Part shown: piece by piece, positions 48,806-60,724 of the stretch
How the letters are laid out: each line of letters begins with the position of its first letter
Position numbering within the stretch: position 1 is the stretch's first letter
Assembly (NCBI GenBank): GCA_014905635.1
Contig: CM026547.1
Coordinates: 744,001 to 808,000, forward strand
Source: Scenedesmus sp. PABB004
Lineage: Eukaryota
Length of the DNA: 64,000 bases
Reading direction: 5' to 3'
Made by a program: the position numbers and the translations under genes
Notes under the pieces: generated by a model
The model's input: the letters and a program-made list of their open reading frames with translations, nothing else
Told to the model about the DNA's origin: nothing
The model's database searches: none

Positions 48806-50824
48806 CTACGCCCCAGCCGGCGCCGCCGCCCCGGCCGCCTCGGCGCCCCCCGTCGCCGCGAGCCAGTCGCGCATGAGCTCGTTCACCTGTCCAGGGCGGT
48901 CCTGCTGCACCCAGTGGCTGCAGTTGGCCAGCACCTTGACCGTCGCGCGCGGCACGGCCGCCTCGATCCCATCGAGCAACTCCACGCCGAGCGCGACGTC
49001 GCCGTCGCCGTGCAGCACGAGCACTGGCAGGTCAAGCCGCCGGCGCAGCGCGCTGCGCGGGCGCGCGCGCGCCGCACGGGGCGCGCGGGGCGTCGGCGGG
49101 CGCGCACGCGCACCGGGGGCGCGCGCGCTCGCGCGCACCGCCCGCGCGGCGCGTGCCGCGCAGCACGCACCCCCAGAGCGGGTCGTCCGCGCGCGACAGC
49201 GTCACAAAGCGCAGCAGGGACCTGTAGTAATTCAACGCCGCGGTCGCTGCGCCCGGCTGCGCCATCGCGGCGCGGAACACGGCGACGTCCGCGGCGCTCA
49301 GCGCGCCCGCGTTGCGCACGCCGGCGGGCGGCTCCGCAAACATGCCGGCCAGCGCAGCGCAGTTGTCAGCGGTGATGACCGCCTCGGCCAGCCAGGGCGC
49401 CTGGCGGCGGGGGCGGGGCGGCGGCGGTGCGGCGACGGGGTCGGCGCCGCGGGGTCGGCGCGTGTGCGCGTGCGCGCGGGCGCGCCGCGTGGGCCGGGGG
49501 TTTGAGGAGCCAGCTGAAACCCAGGGCGCGGGCGCGCGTGGGGAGGGCCAGCCGCGGCCGCGCGTGGGGAGGGCCAGACCTGGAAGAGCAGCATGTAGAG
49601 CTGCCGGCGGCGCTGCGCGAGGCCGGTGTTGGTCATGCTGACGCCGAGGTGCGGCAGGCCTGGCGCGCGCGCGTTGCGCACGTTGCGGGCGGTGCGTGTG
49701 CGCGTATGGAGGAGGAGGAGGAGGAGTGCCGGAGGGAGGGGGGAGGGAGAGTGCAGACGGGGGGAGCACGCTTGCCGCGGCGGCGCGTGCGCCCGCCGGC
49801 GGGCGCCGCGCCGCACCCATGACCACCAGGCGCTCCACGAGCTCCGGATACAGCGCTGCCGTGACCCACGCCACGCCGCCGCCCCTGCGGAGAGGCCGCG
49901 GCGGCCGCCCCGCGGCTCGGCGGCCCGCCCGCGCCGCGCGCGCGCCGCGCGCGCCCCCTACCAGTCGTGCGCCACGAGCGTACAGCGGTCGTGCCCCAGC
50001 GCGGCGACCGCGCCGGCGACGTCCGCGGCCAGCACGTCCAGCCGGTAGCTCGCCAAGCCCTGTGGCTTTTCACTGCTGGCGTAGCCGCGCATGTCCAGCG
50101 CGACGCAGTCAAACTCCTCACCGAACGCGGCCATCTGGTGGCGCCAGCTGTACCTGCGGTGCGCGCCCGCGCATTGGCTGGCGCCCCGCGCGGCGCTGCG
50201 GCCCCGCGGCGGCCGGCGACGGAGTCCGGCCATGGCGCGCCGCGCGGCTCACCAGCACTCGGGGAAGCCGTGCAGGAAGAGCATCAGCGGCCGGCCGGGG
50301 CGGCGCCCGGGCGACACCGTGTGCAGCCGCAGGCCGTTGACCGTGATGTGCTGCTCCTCCAGCGGGAACGGCGGCGGCGCGAGCGCCCCGGCGAACGCGC
50401 CCGGGTCGGGCGGCGCGAGCAGGGCCCACGGCCTGGCGCGGCGCGGCGCGCGGCGCGGCTCAGCGCAGCGCAGCGCGGCGCGCGGTGGCGCAGCGCGCCG
50501 CGGTGGCGCGGCCTCGTCCGCGCACCGGCGGATGTGCTTGGCGAGCAGCGACAGCGCCGCGCCGATCCACACCGGCACCGCCACGGCGGCAAAGAGCGCC
50601 GCCTGCGCGAGGCCGCCCGGCGCGATTGCCTCTAGTTCCTTCGCCTTCTGCTCCACCAGCGACGGCGGCGACACCCTGTCGTGCACCGCCGTGCGCGCCG
50701 CGAGGGCGTCGCTCGAGGCCATTGCCCCGGCGCGCGTGCGGCTGCTGCTGCTGCTGCCGCTGCCGCCGCGCCGGCTGCAACGCCCCGCCCGCAGCGCCGG
50801 CGCCGAGAGCGGACGCAGGAGCAT
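48806..50824 (-). CDS. Epoxide hydrolase-like alpha/beta hydrolase
   Basis: FLHGFPECW|YSWRHQM, ALDMRGYASS, LVAHDW|GGGVAW (Asp nucleophile), ALNYYR, VLHGDGD, CSHWVQQD; alternative start 50722. Confidence 0.88.
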
Positions 50825-51031
50825 GCGGTCGAGGCGACTGCTCGACTAGCTGGCGGCTCGAAAGTGAGCTGCGGCAGCGGCGCCGCTGCACTGCGCGCGG
50901 CGCGCAAGCGATCGATCAGTCCTCGCGTCCCGGGCGTGGGCTCTGCACGCCTGGCAACTAGCCAACTAACCAACCGCGGCACGCGCCGACAGCGGCACGC
51001 GCGCCGGGCGCGGTGGCCCTCCAAAACCCCG

Positions 51032-53592
51032 CTACCGCACCCGCGCCACCGCTACCGCAGCACGCGCACTGCGAGCACGTCCGCCACCGCGCTCGCCGCC
51101 TCGCGCCGGCGCTCCCCCACGCCCAGCCGCGCGCCGCCGCTGAGCACGCTGCTGCCGCTGGCCCAGCCGCCGCTGCCGCGCGCCCAGCCGCCCCGGGCGC
51201 CGCCGACGCGGGCCGTGGCGCCGCGCTGCCCCCGCCGGCGCCAGCGCTGCCGCCGCCCCAGCCCCAGGCCGCCGCCGCGCCGGCCGCCGCGCCGCGCCCG
51301 CCGGCGCCGCGCTGGCGGGGCGGGGCGGCGGCTGCCGCGCGAGCGGGCGGCCCTCGTACGACGCGGCCGACTCTCCGCCAAAGCACCAGGCCGTGGGGGC
51401 GCGCTCCGGGGGCAGGTCGGGCCAGGCCTCCTCCTCCTCCTCGCGGCCGCCAAACGGTGACACGGCCTTGTGCGTGCCGCGCAGCGCGTCGCCGCCGACC
51501 AGCCAGCCCGGCAGCACGTCAGGGCTGTGGGCGGCGGGCCGCTCCGCCGCGCAGCTGCACGCGGCGGGCTGGTGCTGTCCCACGCCGCCCATGCTGCCCC
51601 ACGCCTGGCTCGACTGCACGCGCCCCGGCCGCCACGCGGCCGCGGCGGCGGCGGCGGCCGCCGCTGCGGCTGGGCCCCGGCTGCCCCCAAACCAGAGCCC
51701 CGCGCCGCGCTCCTCTCCTGCGCCGCCGCCGCCGCCCACGGCTGGCGCGCTGCTGGGGCGCGCGGGCCTGCTGGCGCCCCGACCGGCTGCGGCGCCGCGC
51801 GCTTCGCCTGCCGGTCCGGCGCACGCGCCGCGCGCCAGCGGCTGCTGCGTGCTCTGCCCCGGCGCCGCCTGCTGCGGCGCCGCCTGCTCCGGCGCGGCCT
51901 GCTGAAGCGCCGCCTGCTCCGGCGCCGCCCTCGCCGGCGCCGCCGAGCCCGGCCACGCCGAGGCGGGCGCCGTGCGGCCCTTGAGGCGCCGCGTGAGCCG
52001 GCGATAGTCCACCAGCCCGGCGTTGTCCTGCAGGCCCGCCACCAGCGCCGCGCGCTGCAGCGGCGCCAGCCCCAGCGCCGCGCCAGCCAGCACGGCGTCG
52101 AGCTCGCCGCCGGTCAGCTTGCCGCTCTCGTCGCGGTCGGCTCGCTCGCAGGCGCTCCACAGTGCGCCGAGCGCGCCAGGCGCCAGCTCCAGGCCGTCCA
52201 GCACGCCCTGCGCCGCCGCTGCGGCACTGCGCGCCGCCACCGCGGCCGCCTGCTTGCGCGCAAACAGGTGCGCCAGGTCGCGGTCCGCTGGCGCGGCGCC
52301 GTCAATGTCGGCGACGCTGGTGGTGTGGTCGTGCGGGCGGCGCGCGCGCGGGCCGCGCCGCGGCGAGCACCGCCCTGCGGCGCGGCAGCGGCGCGCGCGT
52401 GGGGCGGCGCACGCGCAGCGGCGGCCGGCGCGGGCCGCGCCCCGGCCGTCCGCGCGTGGCAGCGGCGCACCGCGCGCCCTCAATGTCGAGCGTGCGCAGC
52501 GAGCTGTCTGCCTCGCAGGCGCTGCGCGGCCGCGCGCGGCGCGGCGCGCGCGGGCCGCCGGGGTGGCCCTTGGCCAGCGGCGAGCCGCGCGGCGCGGGGC
52601 AGGGGCGCGCCATGTAGCCGTTTATGTCGCCCACACTAAGCGCAGACCACCGCGCCGCCGCCGCTGTCGCGCTGCCCACGTGGCGCCTTGCGGGGGCGCG
52701 GCAGCGCCGAGCGCGTGCGCGGGGTCAGGCGCGCGGGGGTAAAAAAGCGCGGGGCGTCAATCGAGGTCGAGTGTGCGCGCGCGCGCACGCGTGCCCAGAG
52801 CGCACCGGTGCGCGGGGCGCCAGCCGGCGCGCGCGCCGTCGATGTCGGAGACGTCCAGCTGCAGCGGCCTGCCGGCGGCGCCGCCCGCGCTGCCCGGCCG
52901 TGCCGCCGCCGCCGGGCCCGGCCGGCGCATCGCGCCGGCGATGTCCGCCACGCACAGCACGTCCCTGACCGCGCGCTCGCGCGGCGCCGGCCCGCCCGGG
53001 AACGGCAGCCCGGGCCTGCGGTCGTGCGCGCGCCGAGCGCGCAGGGAGGCGCGGCCGGCAGCAGCGCCCAGCAGCAGTGAGGGGGGATCCGGCGGCCGCC
53101 GCCCGCGGCCGCGTGCGTGCGGGCGCCGCGCGCCAGCGCCGCCGCCGCACCCTGTGGCGGCGCCGGCGAAGCTGGGGCTCTGGACGAGGCGAGCGACGCG
53201 GCGCCGCCGCCCTCCCCCGCGGCCGCGGGCGCCACGGGCGCGGACACGGCGGCGCCGAGCCGCAGCAGCTGCTGCGCGCGCCGCGTGAGCGAGCGCACGG
53301 CCGGCGCCGCGCCGTCGATGCCCTCCGTGCTGAGCGTGCCGTGCGCGTAGCCCTGCGCCGTCTGCTGTGCCTGGGCCGCCCGCCGCACAGCGCCCCTGCC
53401 GCGGCGCCGCGTACGGACGCCGAGTGAGGCCGGCCCGCGGGCGCCGCGGCTAGCAGCGCCACGCCGCGCGAGCGCAGCAGAGCTGCTGCGCGCGCCGCGC
53501 CTCGCGCCGCCGCCGTCGCCCAGCGCGTGCACGGCCAGCGGTTCAGCCACCGGGTCCGGCGCCTCCGCCTGTGCCTGCGCCGGCGGCGGCAT
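51032..53592 (-). CDS. Hypothetical protein with six DIxGA-type repeats and an EF-hand pair
   Basis: Repeats TLSTEGIDGA, LCVADIAGA, LDVSDIDGA, LSVGDINGY, LRTLDIEGA, TSVADIDGA; EF-hand-like ADRDESGKLTGGEL and DNAGLVDY; low-complexity tail. Exon boundaries approximate. Confidence 0.55.
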
Positions 53593-53781
53593 GGCCGCTG
53601 GTCCGCGCCTCGACGGCGGCGCGGCGGCCGAGCGGGCGGGCGTCACGGACGCTCCGCGACGCGGGTTTTTCGGCTGTGCGGCGCATAGCTCGGCGCGCTC
53701 CCGCAGGAGCGCCGCCGCGACGACACCGGCGGCCGCGCCGTGCCGCTGCTCGCTGCACGCCGACCCCCGCCGCCGAGCGGC

Positions 53782-55827
53782 ATGCTGGCCGCCCGCAGAG
53801 GATCCACGCGTGCCCTGCGCTGCCCACAGGTGATGACCACCGCGCTGGCCGGCCCGACGCGCGCTGCACATCGCCGCCGCTTGACCGCTGCTGCTGCTGC
53901 CGCGCGCAGGCCAGCGCCGCCGGGCGCGCAGGGCCGCCGCCCGGCCAGCAGCAGCGGTCAGGCTCGTTGGCCGCCGCAGGGCCGCCGCCCGGCCAGCAGC
54001 AGCAGGAGCAGCAGCAGCAGGTGCAGCAGCAGCAGCCGAAGCGCGGCAAGCGCGCTGCCGGCGGCGCGGCGCCCGCGCGCCCCGCCGCCAAGCGGCCGGC
54101 GGCGCAGCAGGCGCAGCGGGGCGCGCGCGGCGGCGACGACGGGCTGCGGCTGGTGCCGGCGCCGTTCCAGGGGCAGCGCGGGCCGCTGGAGTTCCGCGGC
54201 GAGCTGCGGTGAGCGCGCCCGGGGCAACGTGCGCCCGCGCTGCACGCGCCGCCGCCGCTGCCAGCGCCGCCGGCGCCGCCCCGCAGCTACGCAACCACGC
54301 CCGCCGCCGCGGCGCGCTGGCTGGACGAGCTGCTGGCCCTCGCCGACTCCGCGCCGGCGCCCGTCGTGGTCGGCTATGACACCGAGTCAAAGGTGGACTT
54401 CCAAGACCCCAGGCCGCAGCCTACGTCGCTGCTGCAGCTGTGCTGGCACCCGCCGGGGCGCCGCAAGGTGCGGGGCGCGGCGACGGCGCGCCCGCGCACG
54501 CGCGCGAGCGGGGCGCGCGGCGCCGCCTGCGCCGCCGGCCGCGCACCCGCCGACCGCGCTGCGTCGCGCCGCGCCGCGCCGCCAGCCGGTGTGCCTGCTG
54601 CTGCCCGTGGGTCGCCTCGGACTCTGCCGGCGCGTCCTGCGGGTGCTCGGCCACAAAAGCATCATTAAGGCGAGCGCCCCCGCGGCATGCCCAGACGCGG
54701 CGCCGCCCCGGCGGGCAGCCGCCGCGCGCGCCCTCGGCGCCCCTGCACGCTGCGGTCGGTCGGACGACTGCTCGCCGCCGCCGCGGCCGCCGCCGCCGCA
54801 GGCTGGCATCGGCCTCGCCCACGACATGCTGGACCTGCAGCGCGAGTACCCCGCCGCCGGCGCGCCGGGCGCGCTGCAGGTGTGTGGGCCGCCCGCCCGC
54901 CGGCGCGGCGGGGCGCTGCGCGCGCCGCGCTCAAACGCAGCGGCGGCGGGGCGGCGCCGACGCGCCGCTGGCGCGCCGCGCCGACGCGCTGCCCCGGCGC
55001 GCTGCCGTCGCTGCCCGCAGTGCCTGATCGACCTCAGCTGGCTCGCCAACAGCAGCGCGTGCGCGATGCCCAAGCCGCTCGCGCCGCCCGCGGCCGCGCG
55101 GCAGCGCGAGATGGCGGCCCGCAGCATCCGCACCTTCGATGCGCCAGAGGCGTGGGGCCTCGCGGGTGCGCGGCCGCTAGCCAGCGCCGGCGGCGGCCGG
55201 CACCGGCGGCCCGCTGCTGACGCCCGCGCCGCGCCGCGCCGCGCGCCGCCAGCGCTGCTGGGGGCGACGTCTGAGTTCACGTTGACCAAGGTCAACCGCA
55301 TCACGCGGTCAAACTGGAGCCGCATGCCGCTCGAGCCGGCGCAGATCGCCTACGCCGCGGCCGACGCGGCGGCGGGGCTCATCATCTTTCGCTCCCTGCA
55401 GCTGCGCTGGCTGCAGGTGCAGCACGCGGCGGCCGGCGGCGGGCTGGGCGCGCTGGTCGGGTCGGGCGGCGCCGAGCGCCTCGCCGCGGCGGCGGCGGCG
55501 CGGCAGCGGGCGGCGGCGCAGCAGCAGGCGGCGGCGCCGGAGGGGCGGGAGGGGCTTGCGTTCACACTGGAGGCGGACCAGCTGACCGACCCCGGGCTCT
55601 GGGAGCAGGGGCCTGCCTTGGCGCCGGCGCGGGCGCTCGCGCCGCGCTGGCGCGACGAGGTGCTGCGGCCCGGCTTCCAGGCCACGGCGGCGCAGCTGGC
55701 GCGCATGCTGCAGAACGCTGAGGACCGGGCCGAGGCGGGCGAGGCGACGGGGCTCGGCGGCGCGGCCGAGGGCGGCGCCCTGTTCTCGCTGCGGCCCGTC
55801 CAGGGCGCGTGGGGCGAGCACGCGTGA
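53782..55827 (+). CDS. WRN/EXD2-type DEDDy 3'-5' exonuclease, possible organellar presequence
   Basis: ExoI VGYDTE, SLLQL, KAGIGLAHDMLDL (ExoII), SNW...LEPAQIAYAAADA (ExoIII); Arg-rich N-terminus MLAARRGSTRALR. Confidence 0.85.
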   Translation: MLAARRGSTRALRCPQVMTTALAGPTRAAHRRRLTAAAAAARRPAPPGAQGRRPASSSGQARWPPQGRRPASSSRSSSSRCSSSSRSAASALPAARRPRAPPPSGRRRSRRSGARAAATTGCGWCRRRSRGSAGRWSSAASCGERARGNVRPRCTRRRRCQRRRRRPAATQPRPPPRRAGWTSCWPSPTPRRRPSWSAMTPSQRWTSKTPGRSLRRCCSCAGTRRGAARCGARRRRARARARAGRAAPPAPPAAHPPTALRRAAPRRQPVCLLLPVGRLGLCRRVLRVLGHKSIIKASAPAACPDAAPPRRAAAARALGAPARCGRSDDCSPPPRPPPPQAGIGLAHDMLDLQREYPAAGAPGALQVCGPPARRRGGALRAPRSNAAAAGRRRRAAGAPRRRAAPARCRRCPQCLIDLSWLANSSACAMPKPLAPPAAARQREMAARSIRTFDAPEAWGLAGARPLASAGGGRHRRPAADARAAPRRAPPALLGATSEFTLTKVNRITRSNWSRMPLEPAQIAYAAADAAAGLIIFRSLQLRWLQVQHAAAGGGLGALVGSGGAERLAAAAAARQRAAAQQQAAAPEGREGLAFTLEADQLTDPGLWEQGPALAPARALAPRWRDEVLRPGFQATAAQLARMLQNAEDRAEAGEATGLGGAAEGGALFSLRPVQGAWGEHA

Positions 55828-56255
55828 GCGGGGCTGCTGGGCGCGCTGCGCGCGGAGCGTCGCAGCGGCGGGCTGCGCCGCGGGAGGCGCGGCCCCGCCC
55901 GGCCCGCGGGCGTCGCTGGTGGCGGTTGCAGGGGCGGCGCGCCGTCGCCGCAGGCAATTGCCCGCCCGCGCCGGGCGCGCGTGCAGCGCCCCGCACAAGC
56001 CGCCGCGCCGCGTGCAGCAACTCCCGCGCCGCATGACCGCTGCAATCAAACGCGCCAACTCGCCCGCCCTCGCTGCCGTCGGCAGCCCCGGCCTGCCTGC
56101 CTAGCCGCGCCTACGAACGCGGTCGCCAGCCCGCTCCACACGGGCGGCCGCGCCGCCCCCAAAACTCGCCCGCGCGCCGCGCATGATACAGAGTGCCAGT
56201 GGCAGCAGCCGCCGCTGCTGAGCGGCGCCGCGCGGCGCCCCGCCGCAATGGGCGG

Positions 56256-57559
56256 TCACTCGGGCCGCGGCAGGCCGCACACCTCGCACGTGCTCGCGCC
56301 GAGGTCCTGGTTGTTCACCGTGCAGTGCCGGCACTTCCAGAAGCCCTGCTCGCGCACCAGCTCCCCCGTGACCGGGTCCACCTCGTCGTCGTCATACTCA
56401 CCGCCGCCGCCGGCGCCGCCGCCAGAGCCGCCGCCGCCGTCGGCGCCCCCCGCGGCGGCGCCGCCGCCGGCCGCGGCGGCGCGGCTGCTGCGGCTGCGCT
56501 TGCCCGCGCCGCGGCCGCCGCCGGCGGCGCCCGCGCCGCCGCTCCCCGCCGCCGCCGCGCGGCTGCTGCCCGCGCCGCTGTCGGCCGCCGCCGCCGCCGC
56601 GCCGCTGCTGCCGGGCTGGTCGTCCGGCGCGGGCTGGCCCGCGTAGCGCCTGCGCGGCGGGGGGCGCGGCGCGCGGCGCTCGGGCGCCGCGGGCGGGCGG
56701 CCGGCCCCCGCCGCCGCCGCCGCCGCTGGCGCCGTGCCCCGCCCGCGCCCTGCTTGCTCTCACTTGTGCATGTCCTCGAAGCCCCGCTCCAGCTGCGCGA
56801 CGAGCTTGTCGAACGAGCCGTGCGTGACGTCGGTGAGGCCGATGAGGTGCTTGCGGAACTCCTGCGCGCGCGACGTGACAGGGGCGCAGGCGCAGCAGCA
56901 GCGGGAGGGTTCAGCCGCCCACCGGGTTCAGCAGCCAGGGCTCCGGCTGCGCGCAGGTCAGCCGCGCGGGCGCCCCGCAGCCGCGCGCGGCGGTGTGAAG
57001 CACTTGACGCGCGGGCGGGCGCACCTGGAAGCGCTCGCTGGGGATGAGCCCCACCTCGGCCCACTCGTCCCGCAGCGCGCGCAGCTTCATCTCAGCCCAC
57101 TCGTGCAGCTGAGGGGCACGGCGGCGGCGGCGGCGGCGGGTGAGACGCGCGGCGGCGGGTGAGACGCGCGACGGGCGGGAGGCGTGGGGACGGGGCGGCG
57201 CCCCTGACGCACGCCGCCAAACGCTCCCCCCTCCCACGCCCACACCCACACGCCCACACGCCCCGTGCGCCCCCCCCCCCCCCCGGCGCACGCACCTGGT
57301 CGAGGATGCGCTCCGCGTCGCCCTGGAGGAACTCGAAGAACTGCCGCCGCGCCGCGCAGGCGGGGTCGTCCTCGTCCTCAAAGCTGTAGTACCCGTACGC
57401 GTACGTCCACTTCAGGATGCGACGGCACTCGACCACCTGCGGCGCGCGCGGTGCGCGCGGCGGCGGCGGCGGCGCGCGGGTTGGGTGAGGCTGCGGCGGC
57501 AGCGGCGGCGGGTCGGCCGCCGGCGCCGCGCGACCGGCCCACTCCCCCGCCCCGCCGCC

Positions 57560-57604
<45 letters not shown>

Positions 57605-60410
57605 CACACCCACACCCACACCCACACACGGCCCCCGTGCCCCCTGCCGCCCCCGCGCCGCCCCGTGCCCCCCCCCCTGCCGGCCCCGCGCCTGGCGCCA
57701 GCACACCCACACACCCACACACGGCCCCCGTGCCCCGCGCCGCCCCGCGCCGCCCCCTGCTCCATGCCGCGCGCCTGGCGCCAGGCGTCCATGATGAACT
57801 TGAGCTGGCTCGTCGGCGTCTTGGTCATGTCGCTCAGCCGCTCGAGCGCCTCCGCCGCAAACAGCGTCGCGTCCTTGCGCGCCTTGTCGCGCGCCTGCGA
57901 GGGGCGCGCGCGCGCGCGCGCGCGCGCGCCGGCGGCGGCGGGCAGCGTCGGTGGCCACGTCGCTCGCCGCGCGCGCGGCGCGCGCGGGGACCCCGACCAG
58001 CCGCCGCCGCCCCGCCGCCCCGTGCGCGCGCAGCCCCAAAACGCGCGCCGCCGCGCGGCCGCCGCGACCCAGACCCCAACGCGGCTCCCACCTTGTTGTG
58101 CGCGTCCCAGCGCTCAAAGTAGTGCATGTAGCGCTCGAGGCTGTGCTTCGCGTTCTCGCGCCGCCGCGCCTCGCCGTCGTACTCGCCCGTCTTCTTGGCC
58201 GCCTCGTACCTGGCGGCGCGCGGCGCGGCGCGCGGTCACGGCGGGCGCGGGCGCGGCGGGCGCGGCGCAGCGCCGTCACGCGCGGGCGCGGCGAGGTCGC
58301 GCGCGAGCGCGGGCGGCGGCAACGTCACTAGATCATCAACGCGCCGCCCGCCGCGCCTGTTGCACGCGTAGAAGCCGCCCGTGCGCTCGCCGTGCTCCGC
58401 CCAGGAGCCGTTGCAGAGCCAGCAGAACTCGTGCTTGCACTGGCTGCACGTCATGTGCATGCAGCCCTGGTTCTTCTCAATCGGCCGGTGGCAGCGCGGG
58501 CACGGCTGCGGCGGCGCGACGCCGGCGGCGGCGGGTGAGCGGCTGGCGGCCGCGCGGGCGGCCGAGCGCCGCCGCCCGCTCGCAGGCGGCGCGCGGGGCG
58601 CGGCGCGGCGCGGCGCGGCGCGGCGCGGCGCGGCGCGGCGCGGCGCGGAGACCTTGGTGTTGGCGAGGATCCAGTTGAGGTTTTCGCTCTCCGCGCTGTT
58701 CTTGGTCACCCAGCGCCGCACCGTGTCGCACGACACCTGCCGCGGCGGCGGCGCGCGGCGTCGGGCGGCGGCCGCGCGGCGCGCGGCTCCGCCGGCGGCG
58801 GCGCGCGCGCGAGGCGCGCGCGGGGGCGTGCCGCGCGCCGCACCGGGCGGTGCGCCTCCTCCTTGCAGTTGAAGCAAAAGGTGGTGCTGCAGTTGGTGCA
58901 CATCACGTCCAGCGGCTCCTCCGGCGCGCGCTCCACGCAGCACTCCACCGCGTTGTCGCAGTTGGCGCCTGCCGCGGCGCGGCGCGGCGCGGCGCGCGTG
59001 GGCGGCGGCGGCGGCGGCGGCGCGCGCAGGCGCTTGCCGCGAGGCCCGCTCGCAGCCGCGTCACAACAGGTCAACACCGCCGCGTCACAACAGCTCAACA
59101 CCGCAGCGCCCGAACCCCCTCCTCCCGCACCCGTGCACCAGACCATCGCGCGGTTGTCCTCCACAAAGCTGCGCAGCGCGAAGCCGTCGTAGCGCGCAGC
59201 GAGCTCGGCCGTGCCCGGCCGGCCGCGCAGCACCTCATGCACGAGCGCCACCGGCACCTGCGCGCGGCGCGCGGCGCTTGGCGCGGCGCCGCTGGCGCCC
59301 GCGCGCTCGCGCGTGCGCGTTGCTGCGGCACGCACCTCGGCCTTGCAGTCGGGCAGCGGGCAGCGCAGGTCGAGGCAGGACGGGCCGCTGCTGACCGCGT
59401 TGGCCAGGTAGCCGGCCCAGCAGTCGAGGCAGAACGCGTGCTTGCAGGCCGCGCTGCGCATGCTGGGGCGCGGGTAGGTGTCGAAGCAGATCATGCACTG
59501 CGGCGCGGCGGCGCGGGGCGGCGCAGGGCGCGGGGCGACGCAGGGCGCAGGTTGCGGCGCGGCGGCGCGAAGCGACGCAGGGCGCGGGGCGTCAGCGGCG
59601 GCGCGGCGCCGCCCGCGGGAGCGGCCGCTGCTGCCGCGGCTGCCGCTGCGCGCTCGGGAGGTGGAGACTCCAGCGTAGCAGAGCCCCCTGGGGCCCGCCA
59701 CGCGCTTGCGCCCGCGGGCGCACCTTGTCGTCGGCGCCCGGCGGGTCGGGCGCGTCGTCGACCATGCCCACCGCGCGGCGCACCGCGTCCATGTCGCCAA
59801 ACCACTCCTCGTTCGCGCGGTTCGCGTCCCTGCGCCGCCGCGGCGCCGCGGCGCCGCCGTCGGCCGGCCGCCCGCGGGGCCAACCGCCGCAACCGCCCGC
59901 GCGCGCAGCAGCGGCGGCGCAGGCGCGCCGGGGCCGGCGCATGTGTGTGCGGCGCCTGCGCGCGCGGCGCGTGGCGCGTGGCGTGGTAGCGCGCACCACT
60001 TGTACTTGCGCAGGATGCGCGCGGCGTCGTCGTCGCTGATGCCCAGAATGCTCATCACGCCCTCGACCGCCTCGCGCTGCCGCCGCGCGATGTCGGCCTT
60101 GGTCAGCACCAGGTACTTGTGCTGCGCCCACCCCCCGCGGCAGGGCGTGGAGAGGAGGCGGCGCGTCAGCGGGGGCGCGAGCGCGCGGCGGCTGCAGCGC
60201 GGCGCGGGGCGCGGCGCGGGCCGCGCGGCGCCGCCGCTGCTGCCGCTGCGGCGCGCGCGCGCCGGCGCGCGCTGCTGCCGTCGCGGCGCTCCCGGCGGCC
60301 ACCTTGCGCTGCGCCGTGAAGGCGTCGGCGTCGGCGAAGCCGTAGTCGTCGTCGCTGGCCTCCATCTCCGAGTCCTCGTCGCTGCTGTACGCCATGTCGT
60401 CGCTGCTCAT
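56256..60410 (-). CDS. ARI: ARIADNE-family RBR E3 ubiquitin ligase with C-terminal RanBP2 zinc finger
   Basis: Acidic N-terminus; RING1 CMICFD...[57 protein letters not shown]; Ariadne domain ([22 protein letters not shown]); [11 protein letters not shown]...CEVC. Confidence 0.95.
57562..57630. repeat. (CA)n microsatellite and CACACC repeats in an ARIADNE intron
   Basis: Direct reading of the sequence. Confidence 0.9.
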
Positions 60411-60724
60411 CCCGAACACCACCCCCGAGGAGCGGGGGACGCGCCCAGGAAGCGGCCACACACGCTGCTGGGCGGCGAGGGGGCGTGGGCGGGGCTGCGC
60501 GAGCGGCGGCGGGCGGGCGCTGCTGCGTCGCGATCGCCGGCGCGGTGCGCAGCTGCGGCGGGTGGGCAGCGGCGTCGTGGAACGGGAGAGGCACTCCCGC
60601 GCGCGAGGCGCTTGGAACCAGGCGCTGGGCCGCCCACCAAAAACGCAACGCCACGCCGCCGCGCGCCGACCGCCGCCGGCGCAGACCCGCCCCGCCCTGG
60701 TGAGCAGCCACGGCGCCGATCGGC

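Noticed and set aside
8200..53650. TGACG/CGTCA motifs in several promoters as targets of the local bZIPs
   Set aside because: Five-mer expected often by chance; no enrichment test possible here.
14130..55827. DNA-PKcs plus WRN-type exonuclease as a DNA-repair gene cluster
   Set aside because: More than 20 kb apart with unrelated genes between; no sign of co-regulation.
57600..58650. Short direct repeats and (GCGGC)n arrays in ARIADNE introns as CRISPR-like or introner elements
   Set aside because: Simple-sequence slippage repeats without unique spacers; introns share no extended sequence with one another.
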